The notes: a model not told the origin generated them from the letters alone. 35,841 nt of DNA from Solirubrobacterales bacterium (GCA_050999155.1 JBPCPM010000165.1:1-35841); one strand, 5' to 3'; shown: positions 20,987 to 31,197, counted from the stretch's first letter. Made by a program: numbers and translations.

Positions 20987-21104
20987 CCAACGATAGGAAA
21001 GGCGCCGGACGGATAAAGGTGATCGGCGGGCGGCGACGACCGCAGGGTGACGGCTGGCGGGAGCGATCGCGGGGTGCGACTCCGCAATTGGCGGAGAAAA
21101 CGAT

Positions 21105-22745
21105 GTGCCCACGATGTCTCGGCCGGCGCCACCGCCAGATAGCCTGGGCCAGGTGAGCATGACCGGCCCCTTTCGTCGAGCCCGCGCGGCGCTCCCCGTC
21201 GCCCTGGTTGCCGCAGCCGTTGCGATCCCCGCGTGCGGCGGCGGCGACGAGGGCGAGACCCTCGCGACGTTCGCGCCCGCCGACGCCGTCCTCTACGCCG
21301 AGGCAGCAGTGCGGCCCGAGGGCGACACCGCCGAGTCGCTGCAGTCGATCCTCGCGCGGTTTCCCCGCGGCGCGGAGGCCGGCGCGCGGATCGCAGCCGC
21401 GCTGGACACGAGCCTGCGCGACAACGAGGACCTCGACCTCACCTTCAAGGACGACATCGAGCCGTGGCTCGGCGAGCGCGCCGGCGTGTTCGTGACCTCG
21501 GTGGGCCGCCCGGGCAGCGAGACCGAGGCGGCGCTGGTCGTCGAATCGACCGACAACGGCCGGGCCGAGAAGACCATCGACAAGGTCTTGGCCGACTCGA
21601 ACCCCGAGACCAAAAAGCAGGGCGACGTCGAGTACACGGCGGGCCGGTCCGACGGGCAGAGCAAGGCCGCTGCGGTCGTCGACGACCGGGTGGTCATCGG
21701 GTCCGAGCCGGGTGTCAAGAGCGCGATCGCCGCCGCACGGGGGACCGGGCTCGCCGACTCCAAGCCGTTCGCCGACGAGGTGGGCGACGAACAGGCCGGC
21801 GGGCTCGCGTTCGCCTACGTCGACTTCGACAAGCTCGTCACCCAGCTCGAGCGCCAACCAGAAGGCAAGCAGCTGCGGAGCCTGCTCGACAGCTCCGGTG
21901 TCGATCCCAAGGTCCCGTACGTCGCGACCGTCGGCGTCACCGACGACCAGGTCACGATCGACCAGACCCAGGCCCTGGCCGGCGGCCTGGGAGCCGGCGC
22001 CGCAGCCGCGCTGCTGGAGGATCTGCCCGAGGACGCCGCATTCGCCGCCGCCACGGCCGACGTCGCAGCGAACGCCCAGCGAGCGCTCGACGGGCTGTCG
22101 AAGGTGGGCGGCAACTCCTCCGGGCGCGAAAATCCGTCCGAGCTGCTCGACCAGGCCGAGGAGGCGCTGGGGTTCGAGATCGGGCCGACCCTCGAGGGGC
22201 TGGCCGACCTCGGGGTGTTCGTCCGGGGCTCCGGCCTGCTGGATGCCGCCGGCGGCATCGTCGCCACGGTGACCGACCGCGACGCCGTCGCCAAGGCCAT
22301 CGACCGCCTCCCGGAACGGATCGACTCCGAGAACCTGCGGACCGGCGACCTGCCCGACCTCCCCGGCGAACCGGAGGGCTTTGCCGTGTCGCCGCGCGGG
22401 CTGCCGGTCCAGATCATCGTCGCCTTGACCGAGGAGAAGCTGGTCGTCGCGCTTGGGACCGACGCGGCGCGGAGGGCACTCGATCCCCAGCCCAAGCAGT
22501 CGCTGGGCGACTCCGACCGGCTCGGGGACGCACGTACGAGCCTCGCCGACGGCTACGACCCGGTGGCGCTGCTGGACTTCGACCGAATCGTCTCGCTCTT
22601 CAAGGGCCTGGGGGCGGGAAACGACCCGCGGTTCGCGCAGATCGAGGAGTACCTCAAGCCGCTCGGCGCCCTGACGCTGGGCACGAAGTCCGAGGACGAC
22701 CGGCAGCGCAGCCGGCTCGTGCTCACCTTCGACGAGAAGAACTGA
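21105..22745 (+). CDS. Secreted or lipoprotein-like hypothetical protein (about 530 aa); the start is probably the ATG at 21159
   Basis: Signal peptide MTGPFRRARAALPVALVAAAVAIPAC followed by GGG (lipobox-like). A long soluble domain of balanced composition follows. Confidence 0.6.
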   Translation: MPTMSRPAPPPDSLGQVSMTGPFRRARAALPVALVAAAVAIPACGGGDEGETLATFAPADAVLYAEAAVRPEGDTAESLQSILARFPRGAEAGARIAAALDTSLRDNEDLDLTFKDDIEPWLGERAGVFVTSVGRPGSETEAALVVESTDNGRAEKTIDKVLADSNPETKKQGDVEYTAGRSDGQSKAAAVVDDRVVIGSEPGVKSAIAAARGTGLADSKPFADEVGDEQAGGLAFAYVDFDKLVTQLERQPEGKQLRSLLDSSGVDPKVPYVATVGVTDDQVTIDQTQALAGGLGAGAAAALLEDLPEDAAFAAATADVAANAQRALDGLSKVGGNSSGRENPSELLDQAEEALGFEIGPTLEGLADLGVFVRGSGLLDAAGGIVATVTDRDAVAKAIDRLPERIDSENLRTGDLPDLPGEPEGFAVSPRGLPVQIIVALTEEKLVVALGTDAARRALDPQPKQSLGDSDRLGDARTSLADGYDPVALLDFDRIVSLFKGLGAGNDPRFAQIEEYLKPLGALTLGTKSEDDRQRSRLVLTFDEKN

Positions 22746-22759
22746 CCCGGGCCCAGCCG

Positions 22760-23827
22760 CTACCAGCAGTGGCCCACGAACACCGGTTCGGGCCGCAGCT
22801 CGACCCCGAACGCCTCGTGCACCCCGGCCACGATCTCGCGAGCCAGCGCCACCAGGTCCGCCGCCGAGGCCCCGCCCCGGTTGACGAGCGCCAGGGTGTG
22901 CTTGCTGGAGATCGCCACGTTGCCGCGGCGGTAGCCCTTGGCGAAGCCCGCCCGCTCGATCAGCCAGCCCGCTGACGTCTTGGCGTGACCGTCGCGGTCG
23001 GGGTAGCGCGGCGGCTCGACATCGGGCCCCAGGCGTTCGGCCACGCGGTCGAGCAGCTCGGCGAACCGCGCCTCGGGCAGGACCGGATTGGTGAAGAACG
23101 ACCCGGCGCTCACCGAGTCGGGGTCCTCCGGGTCGATGACCATGCCCTTGCCGCGCCGCAGGGCCAGCACGGCCTCGCGTGCGTCGGCGAGCGGCACCCG
23201 CTCGCCGGGCTCGACACCCAGCGTGCGGGCCAGCTCGGCGTAGCGGATCGGCTGGGAGAGGTCGGCGGTATCGAGCTCGAAGTCGACCGACAGCACGATC
23301 CGGCGATCGCGGTACTTGAAGGCGCTGGTGCGGTAGCCGAAGACGCACTGGGCGGCGTCGAGTTGCACGACCTCGTCGCGGTCGCGGTCGAACACGCGGA
23401 CGGCGGCGATGGTCGACGCGACCTCCTGACCGTAGGCGCCGACGTTCTGGATCGGCGTAGCGCCGGTCGATCCGGGGATCCCCGACAGGCATTCGAGCCC
23501 GGCCAGGCCCTCCGCGACGGCTCGCTGGACCACCGGATCCCACGGCTCGCCGGCGGCGACGGTCATCCGCGCCCGATCGCCGTCGCTGCCCAGCTCCATC
23601 CCGCGCGTGCGAACCACGCAGACGGTCCCATCGAAGCCGGAGTCCGCGATCACGACGTTTGACCCACCCGCCAGCACGAGCAGCGGCTCTGCGGCGGCGT
23701 CTGCCGCCCGCACTACATCGAGGAGCTCGGTCTCGGTGGCGACCTCCACCAGCCGGCGGGCGGGTCCGCCCACGCGGAGCGTGGTCAGCGGCGCGAGCTG
23801 GGCCTGTTCGGTGACGGTAGGGGCCAT
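22760..23827 (-). CDS. murB: UDP-N-acetylenolpyruvoylglucosamine reductase
   Basis: The FAD-binding N-terminus is LAPLTTLRVGGPARRLVEVAT…LVLAGGSNVV. The typical MurB C-terminal motifs are present. Confidence 0.9.
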   Translation of the reverse strand: MAPTVTEQAQLAPLTTLRVGGPARRLVEVATETELLDVVRAADAAAEPLLVLAGGSNVVIADSGFDGTVCVVRTRGMELGSDGDRARMTVAAGEPWDPVVQRAVAEGLAGLECLSGIPGSTGATPIQNVGAYGQEVASTIAAVRVFDRDRDEVVQLDAAQCVFGYRTSAFKYRDRRIVLSVDFELDTADLSQPIRYAELARTLGVEPGERVPLADAREAVLALRRGKGMVIDPEDPDSVSAGSFFTNPVLPEARFAELLDRVAERLGPDVEPPRYPDRDGHAKTSAGWLIERAGFAKGYRRGNVAISSKHTLALVNRGGASAADLVALAREIVAGVHEAFGVELRPEPVFVGHCW

Positions 23828-23931
23828 CGGAGATCGGCGCCTCGCGCCGGCTCAGAGCCTACGCCCCGCACCGAGCGCTCGATATCCCCCTCATCGCGGG
23901 AGCAATCGAGCGCTCGGCGTCTGCCGTGAGC

Positions 23932-24603
23932 TCAGGCGCGAGCGCTGACGCGGGCGGCGTGCTGCTCCTGCGCCTCGTTGATCCTGGCGTGGAGGCGGTC
24001 GGACTCGCCGGCGCGCAGCAGCTCGACCGGATCGGGATCGCCGTTGACGATCTCCTCGAAGAAGTCCTTGCGCTCGTTGTAGGTCGGCAGCGTGCCCTTG
24101 GCCCAGCCGCGGTACTGGTTGAGGATCACCGCGAGCTCGGCGTACTCGGAGCCGAACATCTCGGCGATCTCGTGCTTCATACGCTTGGCCAGGGCCGGGG
24201 ACGCGCCCGCCGTCGAGATGGCGATGGCCAGGGGCCCGGTCCGCACGATGGCCGGGAGGATGAAGTTGCACAGCGGAGGAACGTCGACGATGTTCACGAG
24301 CATCGCGCGGCGCTCCGCGTCATTGTAGATGCCGATGTTGACGTCGGTGTCGTCGGTCGCGGCGATGACGATGAACGTGGCCTCGAGGTCGCTCGGGGCG
24401 TACTCGCGCCGGTCCCAGGCGATCGTGCCGTCCTCGGCGAGCTCGGTGAGGGCCGCGTTGGCCTCCGGGGCGACGAGCACGACGTCACCGCCGCAGGCCA
24501 GCAGGCCCTCGACCTTCTCCCGCCCGACGTCGCCGCCCCCGACAACCAGGCAGCGACGCCCGGTCAGCTTCAGGCAGGCGACGTAGAACGGCGTCTCCAG
24601 CAT
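23932..24603 (-). CDS. Precorrin-2 dehydrogenase / sirohydrochlorin ferrochelatase (siroheme synthase N-terminal domain, SirC/CysG-N)
   Basis: Sequence [46 protein letters not shown]…. An alternative upstream ATG at 24684 would add 27 residues ([27 protein letters not shown]) that have lower GC3 and rare TGT, AAA and ATT codons. Confidence 0.75.
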   Translation of the reverse strand: MLETPFYVACLKLTGRRCLVVGGGDVGREKVEGLLACGGDVVLVAPEANAALTELAEDGTIAWDRREYAPSDLEATFIVIAATDDTDVNIGIYNDAERRAMLVNIVDVPPLCNFILPAIVRTGPLAIAISTAGASPALAKRMKHEIAEMFGSEYAELAVILNQYRGWAKGTLPTYNERKDFFEEIVNGDPDPVELLRAGESDRLHARINEAQEQHAARVSARA

Positions 24604-24763
24604 GTCGCGCACACAGGTCTGGTCACAAATCCCGCGCTTGTACTGACAGACGCACTCTTTGCCCTCGTAGGCGGCGGCAGGCATGCCCACAGGGTACGAG
24701 ACCGGTGGGGTCCGGCGGTTGTCCGGCACTCGCCCGTCTCGGGGAAAGGCCGTGGATGGCGGA

Positions 24764-25516
24764 TCAGGCCGCGGCGGGGCCGGGCTCGTGAACCAGCGTG
24801 GGCGGCTCCTCGGCGGGAGCGGGCGAGCCGCCGTCGCCGGACCCGCGGCCGGAGCCGAACGTGCGGCGGCCGTATACGACGGCCGTGGCAAGGACGACGC
24901 AGGCTACGAGCAGCGCCAGCAGGGCGAGCGCGAGCGGCATCGAGCGCTCGGCGCCCAGGGCGGGGGCGGGGATCGCCGCACCGTCGGCAACGGCAGGCTC
25001 GATCGCCAGACCGGGCGGAGCCGCCGCGGGGCCGGGATCGACCCGCGAGGTCGAGCCTCCCAAGCTCCCGTCGCTCCCCGAACCTCCGCCGGTTCCGCCC
25101 GCGCTGCTGGTGCCGTCTCCCCCGTCGTCCGCGCCGCCCGGGCCGCCGGAGCCCGAATCGTCGCCGGCCTGGCTGCCGCCTCCGGCACCGGCCGAACCCG
25201 AGGACGTCCCAGAGCCGCCGGAGCCGCCGCTCGACCCGCCCCCGCACCGGCCCTGGCGCTCCAGGGCACGGTTGACCTCGTCGACGAAGTTGGGTGCATA
25301 CGCCTCGATGTCCGGGGGGACGCCGCCCAGCGCGCCGTTGAGCTGCCCGGCCGAGTACCGGCACGGGCTCACGGTCTGGTCGCCGCGGTAGTCGTCGAAC
25401 ACCTGGCTGAACTGGGCGGCAGCCGGGCCCACGGCCATGGCCCAGGCGCCAAGCACACACGCGGCGACAAGCGACAGTCGGCGCCGCCAGGGACGGGTGA
25501 CACGGGACTCGGCCAT
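24764..25516 (-). CDS. Secreted Gly/Ser/Asp-rich protein with a C-terminal transmembrane anchor (251 aa)
   Basis: An internal ATG at 25516 gives the signal peptide [35 protein letters not shown] small Cys-containing domain follows, then about 100 aa of G/S/D repeats, then the TM segment [22 protein letters not shown]. Confidence 0.55.
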   Translation of the reverse strand: MAESRVTRPWRRRLSLVAACVLGAWAMAVGPAAAQFSQVFDDYRGDQTVSPCRYSAGQLNGALGGVPPDIEAYAPNFVDEVNRALERQGRCGGGSSGGSGGSGTSSGSAGAGGGSQAGDDSGSGGPGGADDGGDGTSSAGGTGGGSGSDGSLGGSTSRVDPGPAAAPPGLAIEPAVADGAAIPAPALGAERSMPLALALLALLVACVVLATAVVYGRRTFGSGRGSGDGGSPAPAEEPPTLVHEPGPAAA

Positions 25517-25542
25517 CGGTCCCAGGGTAGAGCGTCTGTACA

Positions 25543-27720
25543 TTGGCGCGGGTGCGAAGGTCCGTCCTCCCCTCGGCCGCCGCCCGCAGGCGCGCCACCA
25601 CGGCACTTGTGCGTCCCGGCGCCGCCGGCTGGCTGCTGGCGGGATTGCTCGTCCTCTGCCTCGCTGCCGCGTTTACCTCCGGCGGGATCGGCGTCCCGGA
25701 GGAGAGCCGGCTGCAGGTCGGCGTCGCCGTCGGCGTCCTGCTCGCCGGGGTCGCCCTGGCCGCCGGGGCCCTGCGCACGCCCGTGGTGCCCGGCGTGTGG
25801 GCCGCGGCCGCCCTTATCGCCCTGCTCGGGGTCTGGAGCGCCGCCTGGATCGGCGCCTCGGCGCTGCCCGACGCCACCTGGCTGGCGGCCAACCGGGCGG
25901 TCGCCTACGCCGGGGTGATCGCCATCGCCCTGCTGGTGGGTTCGTCCCTGCCTGACGCCCCGCGCTGGACGGCCCTCGGAATCACCGCCGTGACGGTGCC
26001 CGTCGTGCTCTACGCGCTGGCCGGAAAGCTGATCCCGGGGCTCGGGTTCGACCACGTCCGGGAGTTCGCCCGGCTGCGGGCGCCGATCGGCTACGCCAAC
26101 GGGCTGGGCCTGCTGGTGATCATGGGAACGCCGGGGTGGCTGTGGATCGCGGCCGACCCGGCCCGGCGCGGGGCTGTCCGGCTGACGGGCCTGGCGGCGC
26201 TGACCGTCACCCTCGTGGTCGCGGGCCTGACCCTGAGTCGGGGGGCCGTCCTCGCCCTGCTGGCCGTCGCCGTGGTGATGATCGGCGTGGGAACCGACCG
26301 CCGGGCCCGGGCCGTGGCCTTGGCCCTCGCGCTCGCCGCGGCCACCGGGCCGCTGGCCTTCGCCTTCGCCTCGGCCGACCTGACGGGCGATTTCGTCCCG
26401 CTCGAGCGCCGCACCGGCGACGGGCTGATCCTGCTGGGCCTGCTCACGGTCGCCCTGGCGGTGGTGGTCGTCGTCGGCCGGGTGGTCGCTGGCCGCGCGG
26501 AGGCCGGGGGCGCCGGGGCCGGCCGGGCTGTGGGCTGGCTGGCCGGCCGATCCGCCCCGGTGCGGATCGGCGCGGCCGTCGTGTGCGCGGTCGCCGTGGC
26601 CGCCGCCGTGATCGTCGTCGCGTCGACGGGAGAGAGCACCTCCCAGCAGGAGGCCCCCGAGCAGGTCGTGCGCTCGGCTGGACCCGAGGGCAACCAGCCG
26701 GGACGGCTGATCACCGCCCGGGACTCCAACCGGCTGGATTGGTGGGACGAGGCACTGGGCGGGTTTGCCGACAAGCCGGCCCAGGGCTGGGGCGCCGGCT
26801 CGTTCACCGTGGTCCACCGGCTCTACCGCACCGAGGTCCAGGGCGTGACCGAGGTCCACAGCGTTCCGCTGTCGTTCCTCGTGGAGACGGGCGTGGTCGG
26901 GACGATCCTGGCCCTGGCCGGCCTGGGCCTGCTGCTCGCCGCCGCGGCCATCGTGACCGTGACCTCGCCGCGCCGCGATCGCCCGGCCCGCGTGGTCCTG
27001 GTGGCGATCGGCGCCGCGTGGGCGGTGCACGGCCTGGCCGACTGGGACTGGTCGATTCCCGCCGTGACGCTGCCCGCCCTCATCGCCCTCGGGGTCGCAT
27101 CCGCCCCGGGCCCCGACTACCACGGCAGCCCCGTGGCCGGAAGGTCGCGACTCCGCCGCAGCGTGCTGGCCGGCGGTCTGGCCGCCGGCGCCGTGGTGCT
27201 TGCCGTCTCGGCGGCGCTGCCGGCGCTCGCCGAGGGCGAACGCCGCGACGCGCAGGCCGCAGCCCAGCGAGCCGGCGACGACCCGCAGGGGCTCAGCGAT
27301 GCCGCGGCCCGGGCGTCCGTGGCTGCCCGGCTGAACCCGCTCGCCGTCGAGCCCCTGTTCACGGGGGCGTCGATCGCCGAGCGTCGCGGCGACCGCTTCC
27401 GCCAGCTGGAGCTGCTCGGCGAGGCGGCCCGGATCCAACCCGACAACCCCCGTGTGTGGCTACGGCTGCTCGAGCTGCAACTGGAGCGCAACGATTTTCG
27501 CCTCGTGCAGCGCAGCCTGCGAGAGGTGGCCCGGACCGACCCGGTCCTCGTCGACACGGTGCCGGGGCTGCAGGTCCTCGATGCTCCCCCCTACGCCGCT
27601 CCCGGCGCCGCGGCGCTCGAACTCGGACCGCTGCTGCCGCCCGGTGCCCAGACAGATGTTGGGCCTGACGCCGACGCGGATACGGGGGCGCCTGCCGACG
27701 GCGTGGCGCCCGCACCCTGA
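25543..27720 (+). CDS. O-antigen ligase (Wzy_C/WaaL-like) polytopic membrane protein with a C-terminal TPR-like domain
   Basis: There are more than 10 TM helices. The Wzy_C-type periplasmic loop is …LTLSRGAVLAL…RLDWWDEALGGFADKPAQGWGAGSF…. The C-terminus has helical repeats (NPLAVEPLF…IQPDNPRVWLRLLELQLERNDFRL). Confidence 0.7.
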   Translation: MARVRRSVLPSAAARRRATTALVRPGAAGWLLAGLLVLCLAAAFTSGGIGVPEESRLQVGVAVGVLLAGVALAAGALRTPVVPGVWAAAALIALLGVWSAAWIGASALPDATWLAANRAVAYAGVIAIALLVGSSLPDAPRWTALGITAVTVPVVLYALAGKLIPGLGFDHVREFARLRAPIGYANGLGLLVIMGTPGWLWIAADPARRGAVRLTGLAALTVTLVVAGLTLSRGAVLALLAVAVVMIGVGTDRRARAVALALALAAATGPLAFAFASADLTGDFVPLERRTGDGLILLGLLTVALAVVVVVGRVVAGRAEAGGAGAGRAVGWLAGRSAPVRIGAAVVCAVAVAAAVIVVASTGESTSQQEAPEQVVRSAGPEGNQPGRLITARDSNRLDWWDEALGGFADKPAQGWGAGSFTVVHRLYRTEVQGVTEVHSVPLSFLVETGVVGTILALAGLGLLLAAAAIVTVTSPRRDRPARVVLVAIGAAWAVHGLADWDWSIPAVTLPALIALGVASAPGPDYHGSPVAGRSRLRRSVLAGGLAAGAVVLAVSAALPALAEGERRDAQAAAQRAGDDPQGLSDAAARASVAARLNPLAVEPLFTGASIAERRGDRFRQLELLGEAARIQPDNPRVWLRLLELQLERNDFRLVQRSLREVARTDPVLVDTVPGLQVLDAPPYAAPGAAALELGPLLPPGAQTDVGPDADADTGAPADGVAPAP

Positions 27721-27728
27721 ACGTGACG

Positions 27729-28682
27729 TCAGGCGGCCTGCTCGGCCTTCGTCGCGTCGAAGGTCTGGGCGAGCCCCTCGTCGAGAGCGATCCGTGCCTG
27801 CCAGCCCAGGGTGGCCTGGGCGGCTGACGGGTCGATGGCGATCCGCTCGACCTCGCCCTTGCGCGCCGGCGCCATCTGCGCCTCGAAGCGCCCGGGCCCC
27901 CCCAGGCGCCCCATCGCCTCGACCAGGTCCAGGACGGAGCTCTCGCGACCGGTTCCCAGGTTGAAGGCACCGCCGACGTCCGCCGAGCCGGCGGCGATGA
28001 AGCCGGCCACCACGTCGGCGACGTGGATGTAGTCGCGAGTCTGGCGGCCGGTGCCGAAGACCGTCGGCTGTTCGCCGGCCAGCAGCTTGCCGCAGAAGAT
28101 GGCGATGACACCCGCTTCGCCGAGCGGGTCCTGGCGGGGTCCGTAGACGTTGCCCAGCCGTAGCGCCACCGTGGGCACGTCGAACATCCGGCGGTACAGG
28201 TCCAGGTAGCCCTCGGCCGCGAGCTTGGATTGGCCGTACGGGGCGTCGGGGTGGCAGTCGGCACTCTCGTCGAGAGGAAGCCGGCGGTGGGCTCCCTCAC
28301 CGTAGATCGCTCCACCGGTAGACGAGAACACGAAGCGTGGCTGGCCGTGGGCGCGGGCCGCTTCAAGGAGGTTGATCGTCCCGAGCACGTTGACCGCCGC
28401 GTCGACCGGCGGTTCGGCGATCGACTTGCGCACGTCGATCTGGGCGGCCAGGTGGTAGATCACCTCCGGGGTGACCGACTCGACGATCCGGCCGACGGCC
28501 CGGGCGTCGGTGATGTCCTCGACGTGCAGCTCCACCCCGTGGCGGGCGATCGCCGGCTCGAGGTTGCGGTGACGGCCGGTGGAGAGGTTGTCGATCACCG
28601 TGACCTCGTCGCCCCGGTCCAGCAGGGCGTCGACGAGGTTCGAGCCGATGAACCCGGCCCCTCCAGTCACTAGCGCTCTCAC
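27729..28682 (-). CDS. galE: UDP-glucose 4-epimerase (NAD-dependent epimerase/dehydratase)
   Basis: N-terminal GGAGFIGSNLV. The catalytic YGQSK motif is present. Starts with a GTG. Confidence 0.9.
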   Translation of the reverse strand: MRALVTGGAGFIGSNLVDALLDRGDEVTVIDNLSTGRHRNLEPAIARHGVELHVEDITDARAVGRIVESVTPEVIYHLAAQIDVRKSIAEPPVDAAVNVLGTINLLEAARAHGQPRFVFSSTGGAIYGEGAHRRLPLDESADCHPDAPYGQSKLAAEGYLDLYRRMFDVPTVALRLGNVYGPRQDPLGEAGVIAIFCGKLLAGEQPTVFGTGRQTRDYIHVADVVAGFIAAGSADVGGAFNLGTGRESSVLDLVEAMGRLGGPGRFEAQMAPARKGEVERIAIDPSAAQATLGWQARIALDEGLAQTFDATKAEQAA

Positions 28683-28896
28683 GGATCCCTTTCGTCGATT
28701 CGCCGTCCGACCGACAGCCTCTGCCGTCCCGTATCGGCCTGCGACAGCGAGACCTCAACCCTCTTCGGCAGCCTACGGCTGGGTCCTGCGGCCGGCCCGC
28801 CGGGGCCGCGGCGCTCACGAAGATCGGCCGCCGAGCCGACATTGAACCCCGCCGGGCTGCTGCTACCCTCGCCCACCCCGAGACCGGAATCTGCCT

Positions 28897-31197
28897 ATGC
28901 GACTGATCGTCACCGAGAAGAACAACAGCGCCAAGAAGATCGCCCAGATCCTCTCCGGCGGCACCGTCACCGAAGACAAGAGCTTCCGGACCCCCTACTA
29001 CTCGTGGACCGACAGCGACGGTGACCATACGACGATCGGCCTCAAGGGCCACGTGCTCAACCCGGCCTTTCCCGAGGGGCTGGAGAACTGGCAGAAGACC
29101 GATCCGCGCGAGCTGATCGACGCGACGCTGACCAAGGAGGCGACGGACAAGAACATCGTCCGCGCCGTGCGCAAGGTGGCCAAGGACGCCGACCGCCTGG
29201 TCATCGCGACCGCCTTCGACCGCGAGGGCGAGCTGATCGGCCCCGAGGTACTCGAGGAGATCCTCGACGTCAACCCGGTCCTCGGCGGCGAGGGCGGCGC
29301 CGACCTCGAGGGCCACCGCCCGCCGATCGCCCGCGCCCGCTACTCCGCGCTGACCGCCGAGGAGATCACCCGGGCCTTCGACAACCTCGACACGCTGTCG
29401 TTCGACCTCGCCCACGCCGGCGCCGCCCGCCAGGACATCGACCTGATCTGGGGTGCGACGCTGACCCGCGCGGTCTCGCTGGCCACCCGGCGCTTTGGCT
29501 CGAACTTCCTGTCGGTCGGCCGGGTCCAGAGCCCGACGCTGGGGCTGATCGTCGACCGTGAGCTCGAGCGCCGCGCCCACGTGGCCGAGCCGTTCTGGGA
29601 GCTGTTCGCCCGCTTCGAGCACCCGGACGGGTCCTTCCAGGCCCACCACGCGACCGACAAGTTCTGGAAGCACGAGGAGGCCACGGCGGCGCTGGAGGCC
29701 ACGGCGGCGCCCGCCACCGTCAGCAAGCTGGCCTCGCGGCGCAACACCCGCAAGCCGCCGGCGCCGTTCAACACGACCTCGTTCACCACCGAGGCCTCCA
29801 GCCGCCTGGGGATCACTCCCGCCGCCGCCATGCGCGTCGCCGAGGACCTCTACATGGACGGCTTCATCTCCTACCCGCGAACCGACAACACGGTCTACCC
29901 GCCCTCGCTGAACACGCGCGAGCTCGTCTCCGCGCTGGTCAAGGTCCCCGACTTCTCGGCCTCCAAGGGCCTGCTCGACGGTCCGCTCAACGCGACCCGG
30001 GGCAAGAAGGAGACGACCGACCACCCGCCGATCTACCCGACGCAGGCCGTCTTCCCCGACAAGCTCGAGGGTCCGCGCCGCCGCGTCTACGAGCTCGTCG
30101 CGCGCCGCTTCCTCGCCACGTTCTCGGGTCCTATGGTCTCGGAGTCCACGCGGGCCGACATCGAGGCGGGGAGCGAGATCTACTTCGTGCGCGGTTCGGT
30201 CGTCGTCGACCCCGGGTTCACCGCCGTCTACGAGTACGCCCGCTCCAAGAACGACGAGATCCCCCGTCTCGAAGAGGGCCAACAGCTGGCCTTCGACGGC
30301 GATCCGTGGATCGAGGACAAGGAGACCCAGCCGCCCTCGCGCCTGAGCCAGGGCAAGCTGATCGAGATGATGGAGGAGCGCAACCTCGGCACGAAAGCCA
30401 CCCGCGCCGACATCATCCAGAAGCTCTACTACCGAGGCTACGTGTATTCCAACCCGCCCGAGCCCTCGGAGACGGGGATCGCGATGTTCGAGGCCTTCCA
30501 GCGGTACACGCCCGCGATGGCCACCCCCGAGATGACCGCGGAGCTCGAGGCCGACATGGACCGCATCGCCTCCGGCGAGGTCAGCCGCCACGACGTGCTC
30601 TCGGCCTCGCGCGAGATGCTGCACAAGACCTACGGCGGCATCGACGAGCACCGCGAGGATCTCGCCAAGGAGATCTGGAAGGGCATGGATCTCGACCGGA
30701 TCCTCGGCCCGTGCATCGTCTGTGAGCAAAAGGGCCGCAAGCAGGACGACGGCTCGGTGAACATGCTGCGGATCATCCGGGCCAAGAAGTCCGGCAAGCG
30801 GTTCGTGGGCTGTCAGGGCTGGGCTCCCGACGACCCGGACGCGTGCGACCAGACCTTCCCGCTGCCCCAGCGCGGCGACGTGTTCCGGCTCGAGGAGCGG
30901 TGCTCGATCTGCGAGCAGCATCCGCGCTTGAAGGTGATGCCGTTCCGCGGGCGCCCCTGGAACCTGTGCCTCAACGACGACTGTCCCTCGATGGTCGAGA
31001 TGCGGGCAAAGCGCGCCGAGCGCCTGGCCGCCCGCGAGGCGGCCGACAAGGCCAAGAAGGCCGCGACCAAGGCCAAGAAGGCCGCCAAGGCGGCGGACGA
31101 CGGCATCGACTCGTCGCCAAAGAAGACGATCAAGGCCTCGCGCGGCAAGAAGGCCGCGAAGAAGCCGGCCAAGACCGCCGGCTCGCGCTCGAGCTGA
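28897..31197 (+). CDS. topA: Type IA DNA topoisomerase (topoisomerase I) with C-terminal Zn ribbons and a Lys/Ala-rich basic tail
   Basis: The Toprim segment is DREGELIG. The active-site tyrosine motif is GFISYPRTDNT. Two Cys4 ribbons are CIVCEQ…CQGW…C and CSICEQ…C…C. The tail is KAKKAATKAKKAAKAADD…KKAAKKPAKTAG. The N-terminus, MRLIVTEKNNSAKKIAQILSGG, is more Top3-like than the typical bacterial VESPAKA motif. Confidence 0.9.
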   Translation: MRLIVTEKNNSAKKIAQILSGGTVTEDKSFRTPYYSWTDSDGDHTTIGLKGHVLNPAFPEGLENWQKTDPRELIDATLTKEATDKNIVRAVRKVAKDADRLVIATAFDREGELIGPEVLEEILDVNPVLGGEGGADLEGHRPPIARARYSALTAEEITRAFDNLDTLSFDLAHAGAARQDIDLIWGATLTRAVSLATRRFGSNFLSVGRVQSPTLGLIVDRELERRAHVAEPFWELFARFEHPDGSFQAHHATDKFWKHEEATAALEATAAPATVSKLASRRNTRKPPAPFNTTSFTTEASSRLGITPAAAMRVAEDLYMDGFISYPRTDNTVYPPSLNTRELVSALVKVPDFSASKGLLDGPLNATRGKKETTDHPPIYPTQAVFPDKLEGPRRRVYELVARRFLATFSGPMVSESTRADIEAGSEIYFVRGSVVVDPGFTAVYEYARSKNDEIPRLEEGQQLAFDGDPWIEDKETQPPSRLSQGKLIEMMEERNLGTKATRADIIQKLYYRGYVYSNPPEPSETGIAMFEAFQRYTPAMATPEMTAELEADMDRIASGEVSRHDVLSASREMLHKTYGGIDEHREDLAKEIWKGMDLDRILGPCIVCEQKGRKQDDGSVNMLRIIRAKKSGKRFVGCQGWAPDDPDACDQTFPLPQRGDVFRLEERCSICEQHPRLKVMPFRGRPWNLCLNDDCPSMVEMRAKRAERLAAREAADKAKKAATKAKKAAKAADDGIDSSPKKTIKASRGKKAAKKPAKTAGSRSS

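Noticed and set aside
20905-21104. A B12 (cobalamin) riboswitch upstream of the B12-dependent RNR.
   Set aside because: nrdJ is translationally coupled to nrdR with no leader. The only upstream non-coding region is 200 bp and shows an operator-like palindrome, not the conserved B12-box.
24683-25918. A 411-aa plus-strand ORF opposite the secreted Gly/Ser-rich protein.
   Set aside because: It is R/G/P-rich and spurious. The minus-strand frame has a bona fide signal peptide and a C-terminal TM anchor.
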